From positions 1-64,000 of the IMG/VR virus record IMGVR_UViG_2932385599_000003: a stretch of DNA of 64,000 nt; one strand, 5' to 3'. Below are positions 27,676-37,411 of this stretch, piece by piece. The DNA is from a virus. Lineage: Duplodnaviria; Caudoviricetes. Every line of letters begins with the position of its first letter. Positions within the stretch are counted from its first letter, which is position 1. The notes under the pieces are model-generated. The model was given only the letters and a program-made list of their open reading frames with translations. It did no database searches and had not been told where the DNA came from. A program made the translations under genes and the position numbers.

Positions 27676-28260
27676 ATGCCAGCCTCCAAGGCCAAGCAAG
27701 CCGAGACCGCCGAACGCCGCGCCGCCCTCATCCGCCTCCGCCGCGCCGGCGTGCCCTTCGACGACGACCGCATCCTCAACCTCGGCTACGCCAGCCGCGG
27801 CGCCGCCTCCAAGGACCTCATCCGCGCCCTGGAAGAACGCCGCGACGAGCAGGACGCCGAAGCGTCCGTGTACCGGCAGCAGGAGAACGAACGCCTCGAC
27901 GCCCTCCTCGAAGCCGTCTGGCCCAAGGCCACCCAACCCGGCCCCGTCTACGGCAAGGACGGCGAGTACATCGGCGAGGAGATCGACCTCAAGGCCGTCG
28001 ACACCGTCCTCAAGCTCATGGACCGCCGCGCCAAGCTCCTCGGCCTCGACATGCCCATCAAGACCGAGCTGGCCGGCCCCGGCGGCGGCGCGCTGCGCCT
28101 GAGCGCCGTCAGCCTCGCCGAGCTCAACGACCTCATCAACACCGCCGGCGACCCCGGCGCCCCGGACGGCACCAGCGACGACGACAGCGACCTGTACGAC
28201 CCGAACGACGACCCAGACGACGACCAGGCCGAGCCCGAGGACGAGGCCGATGGGGACTGA
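27676..28260 (+). CDS. terminase small subunit (putative)
   Basis: HTH-like N-terminus, DLKAVDTVLKLMDRRAKLLGLD; overlaps terL. Confidence 0.75.
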   Translation: MPASKAKQAETAERRAALIRLRRAGVPFDDDRILNLGYASRGAASKDLIRALEERRDEQDAEASVYRQQENERLDALLEAVWPKATQPGPVYGKDGEYIGEEIDLKAVDTVLKLMDRRAKLLGLDMPIKTELAGPGGGALRLSAVSLAELNDLINTAGDPGAPDGTSDDDSDLYDPNDDPDDDQAEPEDEADGD

Positions 28261-29845
28261 CCTGGCCGTCGACCACGACACCGCCACCGAAGCCGACGCC
28301 CTCAACCAGCTCACCGCCGCCTACCGGCGCCTCAACCGCACCGACCGCCGCCGCATCGCCCGCAACGCCGGCCCCGAGCTTCGCGCCGCCCTCGCCGAAG
28401 TCGAACGCACCATGGCCCTCCAGCGGTCACCCGGCTCCATGGCCGCGATCCTCACCGACGGCCGGGAGATGCAAGCCCCCCACCTCGCCCTCATCGACCG
28501 CCTCTTCCAGCGCATGGCCCGCGGCGAACGCGTCAAGGCCCTCATCACCATGCCCCCACGACACGGCAAGTCCCGCCGCGCCGCCCGCTGGGCCCCCCTG
28601 TGGTACCTCACCCAGCACCCCGACCACCGCATCATGATCGCCTCCTACGGCGCCGACCTCGCCGAGGAGCACTCCCGGTGGATCCGCGACGCGATCGCCA
28701 CCTACGGGCCCCGCATCGGCATCGCCCTCCACGCCGGATCCAAGGCCGCCAACCGCTTCGACCTCGCCGACCCCCGCACCGGCGACCGCCTCGAAGGCGG
28801 CCTCGTCGCCGCAGGCGTCGGCGGCGGCCTCACCGGCAAAGGCGCCCACCTCGCCATCGTCGACGACCCCATCAAGGACGCAGCGGACGCCGAGTCCCCC
28901 ACCATGCGGCGCCGCCTATGGGAGTGGTGGACCGCCGTCCTCAACACCCGCCTCGAACCCACCGGCTCCATCCTGGTCATCCAGACCCGATGGCACGAGC
29001 AGGACCTCGCCGGGAAGATCCTCGAAGGCCCCGACGCCGACGAATGGATCAGCCTCGACCTCCCCGCCATCTGCGACTCCGAAGATGACCCCCTCGGCCG
29101 GCCCCTCGGCGCCGCCCTGTGGCCCAAGCGGTACGGCCGCCGCGCCCTCGCCCAGTTCCGGCGCGCCGTCGGCGAACGTGTCTGGTGGGCCCTCTACCAG
29201 CAGAAACCCCGCCCCCTCGAAAGCGGCGTGTGGCAGTGGCCGTGGATCACCGACCACCGCATCACCGCCGCCCAGCTCCGCGGCGTCGACCTCACCCGCG
29301 TCGTCGTCGCCGTCGACACCGCCGGAGGCGCCGACGACACCAACGACGAGACCGGGCTCACCGCCGCCGGCCGCACCGCCGACGGCGACCTGTACGTCCT
29401 CGCCGACCGCTCCGGCCGCATGGGCGCCGACACCTGGGGCCACGAAACCTGCCGCCTCGCCGTCCAGGTCCAGGCCGACGCCATCGTCGTCGAGTCGAAC
29501 TTCGGCGGCGACATGGCCGCCCAGCTCGTCCGCCAGGCATGGCGCGAGCTCCAGCAGAACGGCGACACCGCGGGCCTGCTCATGCCGGCCATCGTCGAAG
29601 TCCACGCCAAGCAGGGCAAACGCCTACGCGCCGAGCCGATCGCCCAGCTCTACGCGCAGGGCCGCGTCCACCACGTCGGCGAGTACCCGCGCCTCGAAGG
29701 GCAGCTCGTCACGTGGATCCCCGGCATGGACTCCCCGGACCGCATGGACGCCCTCGTGCACGCCCTCACCGAACTCGCCGACCCGGCCACACAGGCCGTC
29801 GGCAGCACCTCGTACGCAGACCGGCGCCTGTCCGGACGGCGATGA
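28250..29845 (+). CDS. terL: terminase large subunit
   Basis: ITMPPRHGKS, IVDDPIKD, QTRWH, VVVAVD, IVVESNFGG, SPDRMDA. Confidence 0.95.
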   Translation: MGTDLAVDHDTATEADALNQLTAAYRRLNRTDRRRIARNAGPELRAALAEVERTMALQRSPGSMAAILTDGREMQAPHLALIDRLFQRMARGERVKALITMPPRHGKSRRAARWAPLWYLTQHPDHRIMIASYGADLAEEHSRWIRDAIATYGPRIGIALHAGSKAANRFDLADPRTGDRLEGGLVAAGVGGGLTGKGAHLAIVDDPIKDAADAESPTMRRRLWEWWTAVLNTRLEPTGSILVIQTRWHEQDLAGKILEGPDADEWISLDLPAICDSEDDPLGRPLGAALWPKRYGRRALAQFRRAVGERVWWALYQQKPRPLESGVWQWPWITDHRITAAQLRGVDLTRVVVAVDTAGGADDTNDETGLTAAGRTADGDLYVLADRSGRMGADTWGHETCRLAVQVQADAIVVESNFGGDMAAQLVRQAWRELQQNGDTAGLLMPAIVEVHAKQGKRLRAEPIAQLYAQGRVHHVGEYPRLEGQLVTWIPGMDSPDRMDALVHALTELADPATQAVGSTSYADRRLSGRR

Positions 29846-30050
29846 CCGCACAGAACAGGCCCGAGAAGGGCCCTAGACGGCGATCTGACGGAACCGGGGT
29901 ATCTCCGGCCGAAACTCGCCCAGGATTGGTGGTTAGTAGCGTCGATCTCTGGAGCGGAGAGATTGCAGAACTTCTGCAGATTCACGGATGGTGAACTCTT
30001 ACGTCGGATAGCTTGTGGCTAGCACGTCCCAAAAATTGGGTACGTACGAC

Positions 30051-30107
30051 GGAGGGGCACACCTGACGGTGCACCCCTCCACCTGTGATGGACCCCGGGC
30101 GGGGTCC
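30051..30107 (-). terminator. tandem hairpins downstream of the small minus-strand ORF
   Basis: GGACCCC/GGGGTCC at 30090-30107, and a 13-bp stem at 30051-30080 that pairs fully (with G-U) only on the minus strand. Confidence 0.65.
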
Positions 30108-30227
30108 TCAGCCGTGCCTGAGCAGCTCGAGGGCCAATCGAGCAGCGTTGATCACGCACGAGCATGCAGCGAGGACCCCGCTCGGGAGCCTGCGCCACCA
30201 CGGCGGCTTCTTACCGGCCTCTCCCAC
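30108..30227 (-). CDS. 39-aa peptide MGEAGKKPPWWRRLPSGVLAACSCVINAARLALELLRHG (type I toxin-like)
   Basis: AAGGAGG RBS 5 nt before GTG; RBS sequestered in hairpin 30233-30272; hairpins immediately after the stop. Confidence 0.6.
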   Translation of the reverse strand: MGEAGKKPPWWRRLPSGVLAACSCVINAARLALELLRHG

Positions 30228-30454
30228 AACAACCTCCTTGGTCCAATCCTTCAGTGAGCGCTGGACCGGAGGTTCGTCGAGGTGTGACGGTACGTCACCG
30301 CTCTCAGGGCTGAGCGTATTCGCCGCACTCTGTCCCTGTCCCGGAAACGGGGGACTTCACGCAACCTCACGAGATGTCTTTGGCATATGCGTGCAGCATG
30401 CGAGTCTCGGCCTGCGGGGCAACCCGAACGCCGCTCGCCCCGTACCCTGAAGAC

Positions 30455-30469
30455 CAGGCGCGGGGCCTG
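30455..30469 (+). promoter_or_regulatory. late-gene motif, copy 2, 6 nt after a TACCCT -10-like hexamer
   Basis: TACCCT at 30443-30448, then CAGGCGCGGGGCCTG. Confidence 0.75.
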
Positions 30470-30486
30470 TGTGCGGAGGGAACTTC

Positions 30487-32415
30487 GTGGGCCTCATCAG
30501 CGGCGCCCGGAACCTGGTCATCGACGCCTGGTCCTGGCTCAACTACAAGCCCGTCTTCAACGACACCCGCGGCATGCCCTACCGCCGCGCCTTCCCCGAA
30601 GCGACCGCCACCTGGGTCCCCGCCGACGACGAGCGGCGCCTGGCCGCCTACAAGCTCCTCGCCGCGTACGACAACAACCAGGCCGGCGAGCTCGCCGCCC
30701 TCCGCGACGGCGACACGGCCCGCGAACGCCGCGAGTTCGGCGACCCGTCCATGTTCGTCGACACCCTCACCGCGCACGTCATGGGCCGCGAGCAGCACAT
30801 CGTCGTCCCCGGCGCCGAGCACGCCCCCACTCCCACCCGGCCGGACGACGGCAACGACCCCGTCGCCGCGGCCGCCGCCCGCGTGCAAGCCCTGCTGCGC
30901 GAGTGGGCCGAGGCCGAGCTGCTCCCCATGCGGATGCTGCAGACCGAACGCACCACCGTCCTCCTCGGCGACGGCGTCTACCTGCTGTACTGGGACCCGG
31001 CCAAGGGCCGCGCCCGCATCAAGACGTTCGACCCCGGCTTCTACTTCCCCTACCTGTCCGAGGACGACGACGGCGCCGACTACCCCGACCGCGTCCACCT
31101 CGCCTGGGAACTCCCCGAGGACCGCCGCCGCGGACTCCCCGCCCGGCTGCGCCGCATCACCTACGAGCTCGACTGGATCCGGCCCGCCACCGCGTCCGGC
31201 ATGGACCCCTCCGGCCGGCCCGTACGCGCCCCCGTCATGTCCGACCCCGACCCGGACAGCGACACCCCGCCCACCCCCGTCCTCAGGCCCGGCGACCGCG
31301 CCGACCAGGACACCGGCGCGATCAGCCGCCTCTACCCGTGGAACGCCGAGCCCGCCTACCGCACCTGCTACCTCACCGACGCCACCTGGGACCTCTCCGA
31401 CCTCAAGGGGCCCCTGGACGTCGATGCCCTCCCCATGGACAAGGCCCAGTACGCGACCGGCCCCGACGGGGAAGTCCTCGACCGCCTCGACCTGTACCTG
31501 GACTTCGTGCCGATCGTCCACGTCCCGAACACCGTCCCCCCGGCCGGCGAGCACTGGGGACAGTCGTCCCTGGCCAAGGCCCTGCAGGTGTTCGACGAGC
31601 TGGCCGGCACCGACACCGACAGCAGCAAGGCGTCCGCGACGACCGGCTCCCCGATCGTCGCCCTGTCCGGCAAGACCACCGGCCGCACGCACATGGAGGT
31701 CGGGCCCGGCGTGCTGTTCGAGCTCGGCGAGGGCGGCCGCATGGACACCGTCAACACCGCCCCCCAGCTCGCCGAGCTCCGCAACCACCGGCACGACCTC
31801 GCCGACCTCGCCGCGAGCGTCGTACGCCTCCCCGCCGTGTCCCTGGGCACCATGGACCCCTCCCAGGTCCCCTCCGGGTACGCCCTGGAGCTGTCCCTCG
31901 GCCCCCTCGACTCCCTCATCGCCGGCATGCGCCTGGCCCGCGCCCACAAGTACGCGCTGCTGCTGAAGTTCGTGCAGCGCATCCACCTCGCCGGGCAGCA
32001 CCCCGACTGGGTGGGCGTCACCCCGCTCCCGGCCCGGCTGGAGTTCGGCCCGTACACGCCGACCGACCAGGCCGCCGTCCTCGGCCAGGTCGCCACCGCC
32101 TACGAGAAGCGCCTGATCTCCCTGGAGACCGCCGTACGCATGCTCACCTCCGCGGGCTGGCCCATCGACGACGCAGAGACGGAGATCGAGCTGATCGAGT
32201 CCCGCATGTTCGAGCAGGCCCGGTACCTCGCCGACGCGCTCGGCAACCCCGACGAGGTCGCCGCGTTCCTCCACCGCGAGCCGCCCACCCAACCAGTGCC
32301 GCCCGCCGTGCAGCTCCCTGGCGTCCCCGGCACGGGCGCCGCACTCCCGCCGGCCGACGACGAGAAGACCACTGACGAGACCGGCGGCGCGCAGGGGAGC
32401 GGGGGAACACGATGA
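30487..32415 (+). CDS. portal protein
   Basis: Follows terL; LGDGVYLLYWDP, FVPIVHVPN, WGQSSL, PSGYALELSL; GGAGG RBS. Confidence 0.85.
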   Translation: MGLISGARNLVIDAWSWLNYKPVFNDTRGMPYRRAFPEATATWVPADDERRLAAYKLLAAYDNNQAGELAALRDGDTARERREFGDPSMFVDTLTAHVMGREQHIVVPGAEHAPTPTRPDDGNDPVAAAAARVQALLREWAEAELLPMRMLQTERTTVLLGDGVYLLYWDPAKGRARIKTFDPGFYFPYLSEDDDGADYPDRVHLAWELPEDRRRGLPARLRRITYELDWIRPATASGMDPSGRPVRAPVMSDPDPDSDTPPTPVLRPGDRADQDTGAISRLYPWNAEPAYRTCYLTDATWDLSDLKGPLDVDALPMDKAQYATGPDGEVLDRLDLYLDFVPIVHVPNTVPPAGEHWGQSSLAKALQVFDELAGTDTDSSKASATTGSPIVALSGKTTGRTHMEVGPGVLFELGEGGRMDTVNTAPQLAELRNHRHDLADLAASVVRLPAVSLGTMDPSQVPSGYALELSLGPLDSLIAGMRLARAHKYALLLKFVQRIHLAGQHPDWVGVTPLPARLEFGPYTPTDQAAVLGQVATAYEKRLISLETAVRMLTSAGWPIDDAETEIELIESRMFEQARYLADALGNPDEVAAFLHREPPTQPVPPAVQLPGVPGTGAALPPADDEKTTDETGGAQGSGGTR

Positions 32416-32439
32416 CCGATCATGTGCTCTCCTTGATGC

Positions 32440-32454
32440 CAGGCGCGGGGCCTG
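32440..32454 (+). promoter_or_regulatory. late-gene motif, copy 3
   Basis: CAGGCGCGGGGCCTG upstream of the scaffold gene. Confidence 0.75.
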
Positions 32455-32480
32455 GAACCTCTCTGGGAGGACGTGCCCCC

Positions 32481-33227
32481 ATGCGCCGCCCCGCGCACCA
32501 CCGCCCCACCGCCTGGGCCCACCCCTACACCGGGGTCGCCGGGCTCGCCGTCTTCTACAACTCCGGCGGCGACCCGGAGCCGCAGCCCACCCCCGCTCCC
32601 GCCCCGAAGCCCACACCGCCCCCCGCCGCCCCGGCGCCGGCACGCGAGTTCACGCAGGAAGACCTCGACCGGATCGCCGCCCGGGAGAAGGCCCAGGGCA
32701 AGCGGTCCGCGCTGAAGGAGTTCGCCGAGGAGCAGGGCTTCTCCTCCGCCGAGGACGCCGCCGCGTTCATCGCCGCCGCCCGCCAGGCCCAGCAGGCCGC
32801 CCTGTCCGAGGAGGACAAGCGCCGCCAGGAACTCGACCGGCGCGAGCAGGAACTCGCCGCGAAGGAAGCCGCCGCCGTCGCCCGGGAGCGGGCCGCGGTC
32901 CGCCGCGCCGCGCTGATGAAGCTCGGCGCGCTCGGCGACGACCTCGAAGACGCCCTCGCCCTCCTCGACCGCGACCTCCACGACCAGCCGGACGCCGACG
33001 AGGCCACCGTCACCACCGCCGCCGAGGCCATCAAGGCCCGCCGCGCCGCCCTCTTCGGCGCCGACCCGGCCGCCACCAGGACCCCCGCCCCCGTGCTGCC
33101 GCCCGCGCCCGCCGGAGCCCCCGCCGGCGGCCCGCCGCGCACCCCCGCCGTGAAGGACGACATCAAGGCCCGCGCGCTGGAGCGCGCCCGCAAGATGGGC
33201 TACGCCAAGCCCGACGCCGCCGCCTGA
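32481..33227 (+). CDS. capsid scaffolding protein
   Basis: FTQEDLDRI motif, coiled coil, Pro-rich C-terminus; lies before the capsid genes. Confidence 0.8.
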   Translation: MRRPAHHRPTAWAHPYTGVAGLAVFYNSGGDPEPQPTPAPAPKPTPPPAAPAPAREFTQEDLDRIAAREKAQGKRSALKEFAEEQGFSSAEDAAAFIAAARQAQQAALSEEDKRRQELDRREQELAAKEAAAVARERAAVRRAALMKLGALGDDLEDALALLDRDLHDQPDADEATVTTAAEAIKARRAALFGADPAATRTPAPVLPPAPAGAPAGGPPRTPAVKDDIKARALERARKMGYAKPDAAA

Positions 33228-33336
33228 CCGGCCCGCCAGACCGAGGGACCACGCCCTCCCGCACTCCTCCCGTGGACGACACCACAGGTGTCCGCACCCC
33301 CTCTGAACACCCCCGCTCCATGGGAGGAGACTCGGC

Positions 33337-33753
33337 GTGGACATCCAGCCGATCACCACACAGGAGACCGTGACCGCCAGCCGCCCCTGGCTGCTGTCCC
33401 TCTACGGCTCCGAGACCAACAAGACCATCACCCTCGACCTGGCCCAGTTCACCGCCGACACCCACTACACCGCGGCGGCAAACGGCCTGCCCAACCGGAT
33501 CTTCTCCGGCCTGCCCCTCGGCAAGGTCACCGCGTCCGGGCTGTACGCCCCCTACGACTCCGCCGCGGCCGACGGCACCGAGGTGTTCGCCGGGCTCCTC
33601 GACACCGAGACCGCGTTCAACACCGGCTCCACCAAGTGCGGCGCCGCGCTGCGCATCGTCGGCGACGTCGACGTGTCCAAGCTCCCGGTCGACTTCACCC
33701 CGCCCGCCGCTGCGAACCGCAGCGACTCCATCCACTTCTCCGACCTGTCCTGA
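33337..33753 (+). CDS. head decoration protein
   Basis: SGLPLGKVTASGLYAPYD...DGTEVFAGLL. Confidence 0.85.
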   Translation: MDIQPITTQETVTASRPWLLSLYGSETNKTITLDLAQFTADTHYTAAANGLPNRIFSGLPLGKVTASGLYAPYDSAAADGTEVFAGLLDTETAFNTGSTKCGAALRIVGDVDVSKLPVDFTPPAAANRSDSIHFSDLS

Positions 33754-33769
33754 CAAGGGGTGACGACCG

Positions 33770-34819
33770 ATGCTTGAGGCCCTGCTCAGGGACATCACAC
33801 CGACCGAGATCATCGCGTTCGCGCGGGCCGTGCAGACCCCGGCCGACTACGCGCTCACGCAGTCGGTCATGCCGGAACGCCAGATCAACGGCGTGAAGTA
33901 CAAGACGCGCCGCACCAGCCGCCGCGTCAACGCCGCGAAGTACCGCGCCTACGACGCGCAGACCCCCGTCGCGTCCCGCGAGGTCAAGCGGATCGAGACC
34001 GAGGGCATGCTGCCCCCGCTCGGCCAGAAGTACCTCGTCGGCGAGCTGGAGACCATCCTCCTGGCCGCCCGCCGCGGCCAGGACGGCTCCGAGCTGGTGG
34101 AGTCCCTGTACGAGGACACCGCCGCCCACACCCTGTCCATCCGCTCCCGCCTGGAGCTCGCCGTCGGCGACCTCCTCACCGACGGCAAGTTCACCCTCTC
34201 CGGGGAGAACGGCCTGACCGTCGAGTACGACGCCGGCGTGCCCTCGGCGAACATGCCCACGGCCGCGACCGCGTGGACCGACCCGACCGCCGACGCCATC
34301 GCCGACGAACTGGCCTGGCTGGAGACGCTCCGGGCGTCCGGCGCGCCGATGCCGGAGCGGGTCATCACCAGCTACAAGGCCCGCGCCCTCCTCGCCGGGA
34401 ACGACGCCTACCGCGCCGCCTACTACGGCAGCGTGAACCCGTCCAACACCCCCACCGCGACCCTCGCCCCCAACGAGGTCGACACCGTCCGGGCCCGCTA
34501 CAACCTCCCCCCGATCGAGATCTACGACGTGCAGATCCCGAAGGACGACGGCACCATGGCCCGCCCCCTGCCCGAGGACCGGTGGGTGATGATCCCCCCG
34601 AACCGGGCGCAGTGGGGGGAGACGCAGTACGGCATCACCGCCGAGTCCATCGCCCTCACGACCGGCGACAACCCGGCCATCGAGCTGGAGGAGGCGCCCG
34701 GCATCATCGTCACCCACGGCTGGCAGGACGACCCCGTCCAGGTGTGGACGAAGGCCGCCGCCGTCGCGATGCCGGTGCTGTACGTGCCGGACATCCACAT
34801 CACCGCGAAGGTGTTCTGA
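33770..34819 (+). CDS. major capsid protein (lambda gpE-like family)
   Basis: 349 aa; AKYRAYDAQTP, AWTDPTADAIADELAW, DPVQVWTKAAAVAMPV. Confidence 0.9.
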   Translation: MLEALLRDITPTEIIAFARAVQTPADYALTQSVMPERQINGVKYKTRRTSRRVNAAKYRAYDAQTPVASREVKRIETEGMLPPLGQKYLVGELETILLAARRGQDGSELVESLYEDTAAHTLSIRSRLELAVGDLLTDGKFTLSGENGLTVEYDAGVPSANMPTAATAWTDPTADAIADELAWLETLRASGAPMPERVITSYKARALLAGNDAYRAAYYGSVNPSNTPTATLAPNEVDTVRARYNLPPIEIYDVQIPKDDGTMARPLPEDRWVMIPPNRAQWGETQYGITAESIALTTGDNPAIELEEAPGIIVTHGWQDDPVQVWTKAAAVAMPVLYVPDIHITAKVF

Positions 34820-34821
34820 CC

Positions 34822-35094
34822 ATGGCCCGCCTCGTCACCGACGTCCACGTCAAGGACCCGCACACGCGCCTCATGGTGCACCTGCAGGCCGGTGAGGAAC
34901 CCGCGCCCGAGTACGCGGCCCTGGTCAAGAACCCCGACGCCTGGGAAGGCGGCAAGCCCCCCACCGCCGCGCAGGACGCGCCCGACCCTGACGAGGGCCA
35001 GGACGCGGACACCAAGCAGGCCGCCAAGAAGACGGCGGCCAAGAAGCCGGCTCGGGGCCGGACGACCGCCGGCGAGGGCACCGGCGGTCAGTAG
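34822..35094 (+). CDS. small head-associated protein
   Basis: Directly after the capsid gene; LQAGEEPAPEYAALVKNPDAW. Confidence 0.75.
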   Translation: MARLVTDVHVKDPHTRLMVHLQAGEEPAPEYAALVKNPDAWEGGKPPTAAQDAPDPDEGQDADTKQAAKKTAAKKPARGRTTAGEGTGGQ

Positions 35095-35097
35095 AAA

Positions 35098-35144
35098 GGG
35101 TGCGGGCCCGCCCCGGTGGGGGCGCCCACGGCGGGCCCGCACCC
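35098..35144 (+). terminator. 15-bp stem hairpin after the capsid genes
   Basis: GGGTGCGGGCCCGCC/GGCGGGCCCGCACCC. Confidence 0.7.
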
Positions 35145-35192
35145 CTGCACACTCCCTTCCCGCCCTTGTCCGCAGCACCCCCAAGGAGCCCG

Positions 35193-35534
35193 ATGAACAC
35201 CGCCGTACGGGCATGGCTCATCGGCCAGCTCGGCCCCAACAGCGACCCCGCGGACCTCGACGCCCGCTACACCCGTCTCGGCACCGCCCGCGCCGTCGCC
35301 CTCGAAGTGCTCTCCGAACGGCACGCCGCGCTTCTCGCCCAGCCGGCCACCGTGAACGTGTCCGCCGTCGTGTCCATCTCCACCGCCGAGAACATCAAGG
35401 CCCTGGAGCGGAAGATCACCGAACTGCGGGCCGGGATCCCCCTCGCCCCCGACGAGGACGACCCCGACGGCGACGGCACCGCCCTCAACAGCGGCCCGCG
35501 CATCGTGCAGCTCACCGCCCGGCCCCGCCGATGA
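35193..35534 (+). CDS. head-tail connector (putative)
   Basis: AAGGAG RBS; synteny and size. Confidence 0.65.
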   Translation: MNTAVRAWLIGQLGPNSDPADLDARYTRLGTARAVALEVLSERHAALLAQPATVNVSAVVSISTAENIKALERKITELRAGIPLAPDEDDPDGDGTALNSGPRIVQLTARPRR

Positions 35535-36352
35535 CCACCCCCGTACAACCGCGGCGGCGCACCCTGCGGGCCCGGCTCCTGGCGTTCATCACCGACGCCA
35601 CCAGCCGGCTCACTGCGATCTGGCGGCTCCTCACCGGCGCCCAGACCACCCTGCTGCGCGCGCTCGCCGCGATCCGGCCCGGCCGCAACGCCGCCGCCCG
35701 CATCCGCGCCGCCGAGCAGACCTTCCGCCGCGCCCTCGCCCAGTACGCCCGCGACACGACCGCGTTCATCGAACGCTGGGCCGCCGTCGACCTGCCCCTC
35801 GCCTACCGCGAAGGCGCCCTCACCACCCTCGGCTACGCCCGCCGCCTCACCCGCCCATGGGCCTGGACCACTCGCCACCAGGGCGCCATCACCACCCTGT
35901 CCGCCCAGTTCTACGCCGACCTCACCGCCCGCCTCACCGAGACCGTCCGCCGCGCCGAAGCGTTCCTGCGCGCCGCGCTCACCGCGGCCCGCGCCCGCCT
36001 CACCCACGCGACCGGCACCGTGTTCAGCCCGGCCCGGCTCCGCCGCGACCACCCCCTGGACACCGTCATCTACGCCGGCCAGCACCGCCACCCCGTCGCA
36101 TCCTGGGCCCGCGCCGCGCTCGCCTGGCAGGCCGTCACCACCGCCAACACCGGCAGCATCCTCACCGCCGCCGAGCAGCTCGCCTGCACCCACGTCGAAG
36201 TCCGCGACGGCGCCGACTGCGGCTGGACCTCCCACCAGGACCCCGACAAGGCCCACGACACCCTGCGCACCATCACCGACGCCCTCGCCCACCCCCTCGC
36301 GCACCCGAACTGCGTCCGCGAGATCCGCCCCCACCTCACCAGGAGTTCGTGA
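35531..36352 (+). CDS. minor capsid / head morphogenesis protein (Mu gpF-like)
   Basis: C-terminal VEVRDGADCGW...HPLAHPNCVR. Confidence 0.7.
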   Translation: MTTPVQPRRRTLRARLLAFITDATSRLTAIWRLLTGAQTTLLRALAAIRPGRNAAARIRAAEQTFRRALAQYARDTTAFIERWAAVDLPLAYREGALTTLGYARRLTRPWAWTTRHQGAITTLSAQFYADLTARLTETVRRAEAFLRAALTAARARLTHATGTVFSPARLRRDHPLDTVIYAGQHRHPVASWARAALAWQAVTTANTGSILTAAEQLACTHVEVRDGADCGWTSHQDPDKAHDTLRTITDALAHPLAHPNCVREIRPHLTRSS

Positions 36353-36600
36353 TGCGCCTGACTGTCTCCTGCGGCGCCCGCCGCGTCGACCTGCGCATCG
36401 CCGGGGACGACGCCCGCACCCTGAAGGCGGCCAAGCGCGCAGCCCTGTCCCTGCTCGCCGCCCTTCCCGAGCCGGACACCGACCCGGCCGAGGACCGCGA
36501 GGCTGAGCCGTTCGGGTTCGTCGCGCTGTCCTCCGACACCGAGATCGCCGCCGACCAGACCCAGCTCGACGACGAAGACGAAGAGGAGTGCCGCGCATGA
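36352..36600 (+). CDS. hypothetical protein
   Basis: AGGAG RBS; TGATG coupling. Confidence 0.6.
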   Translation: MRLTVSCGARRVDLRIAGDDARTLKAAKRAALSLLAALPEPDTDPAEDREAEPFGFVALSSDTEIAADQTQLDDEDEEECRA

Positions 36601-36977
36601 CCGGCCACCTCGGCATGGACGCCGCCCCCCGCCCGGTCACCATCACCACCGACGGCCCCACCGCCCACGTCACCGTCGACGGCCACGACCTGTCCCGGCA
36701 GGTCCGCGCCTACACCGTCCAGCACGAAGCCGGCCAGCACCCGCAGCTCCTCCTCTACGCCAAGCCCGGCGCCGACATCGCCCTGGACGGGCTGGCGTAT
36801 GTCGCGGTCGCCGCCGAAGACCCCGCCCCCGCCGTCATCGACTTCCTCCGCGGCATCGACCCGGCCGCCCTGGAGCAGGCCGCCCTCGAACGCGACGACC
36901 TCGACGACACCCGCAACGCCCTCACCCGCGCGATGCTCACCCAGCTCATCGAATGGGCTACCGGAGGCCCGCAATGA
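36597..36977 (+). CDS. phage hypothetical protein
   Basis: VTVDGHDLSRQVRAYTV; ATGA coupling. Confidence 0.7.
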   Translation: MTGHLGMDAAPRPVTITTDGPTAHVTVDGHDLSRQVRAYTVQHEAGQHPQLLLYAKPGADIALDGLAYVAVAAEDPAPAVIDFLRGIDPAALEQAALERDDLDDTRNALTRAMLTQLIEWATGGPQ

Positions 36978-37411
36978 CCGGCCTGGACGACGCGCTGGCA
37001 GGCGTCACCACGTGGATCAACACCACCCTCCTCGTCGACACCGTCCGCATCACCCGCCCCGGCAGCGGAGAGCCCGTCCTCGACGAGGACACCGGCCAAC
37101 TCACCTACCCCACCGGCACCCTCCTCTATGAAGGCGCCGGTGCGGTCCTGCCCGTCAACACCCAGCCGACCATCGTCATCCCGGACGCCCAGCTCCCGTG
37201 GCCCGACGAGACCCGCTCCAGCTACCGGCTGCTGACCCCGCTCGACGCACCCGTCCCACCCAAGGACGCCCTCGTCACGGTCACCGCCGCGCACTCCCCG
37301 GCCAGCGCCGCCCTCGTCGGCCGCGCATGGCGCTGCCTGGACCCCGGCCTCGCCGGAACCGTTGCCGTCGTCCGCGTCACCCTCCTCGACCAGATCCGGG
37401 AGGACGGATGA
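36974..37411 (+). CDS. head-to-tail stopper (DUF6093-like)
   Basis: DTVRITRPG...DEDTG...LYEG. Confidence 0.75.
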   Translation: MTGLDDALAGVTTWINTTLLVDTVRITRPGSGEPVLDEDTGQLTYPTGTLLYEGAGAVLPVNTQPTIVIPDAQLPWPDETRSSYRLLTPLDAPVPPKDALVTVTAAHSPASAALVGRAWRCLDPGLAGTVAVVRVTLLDQIREDG

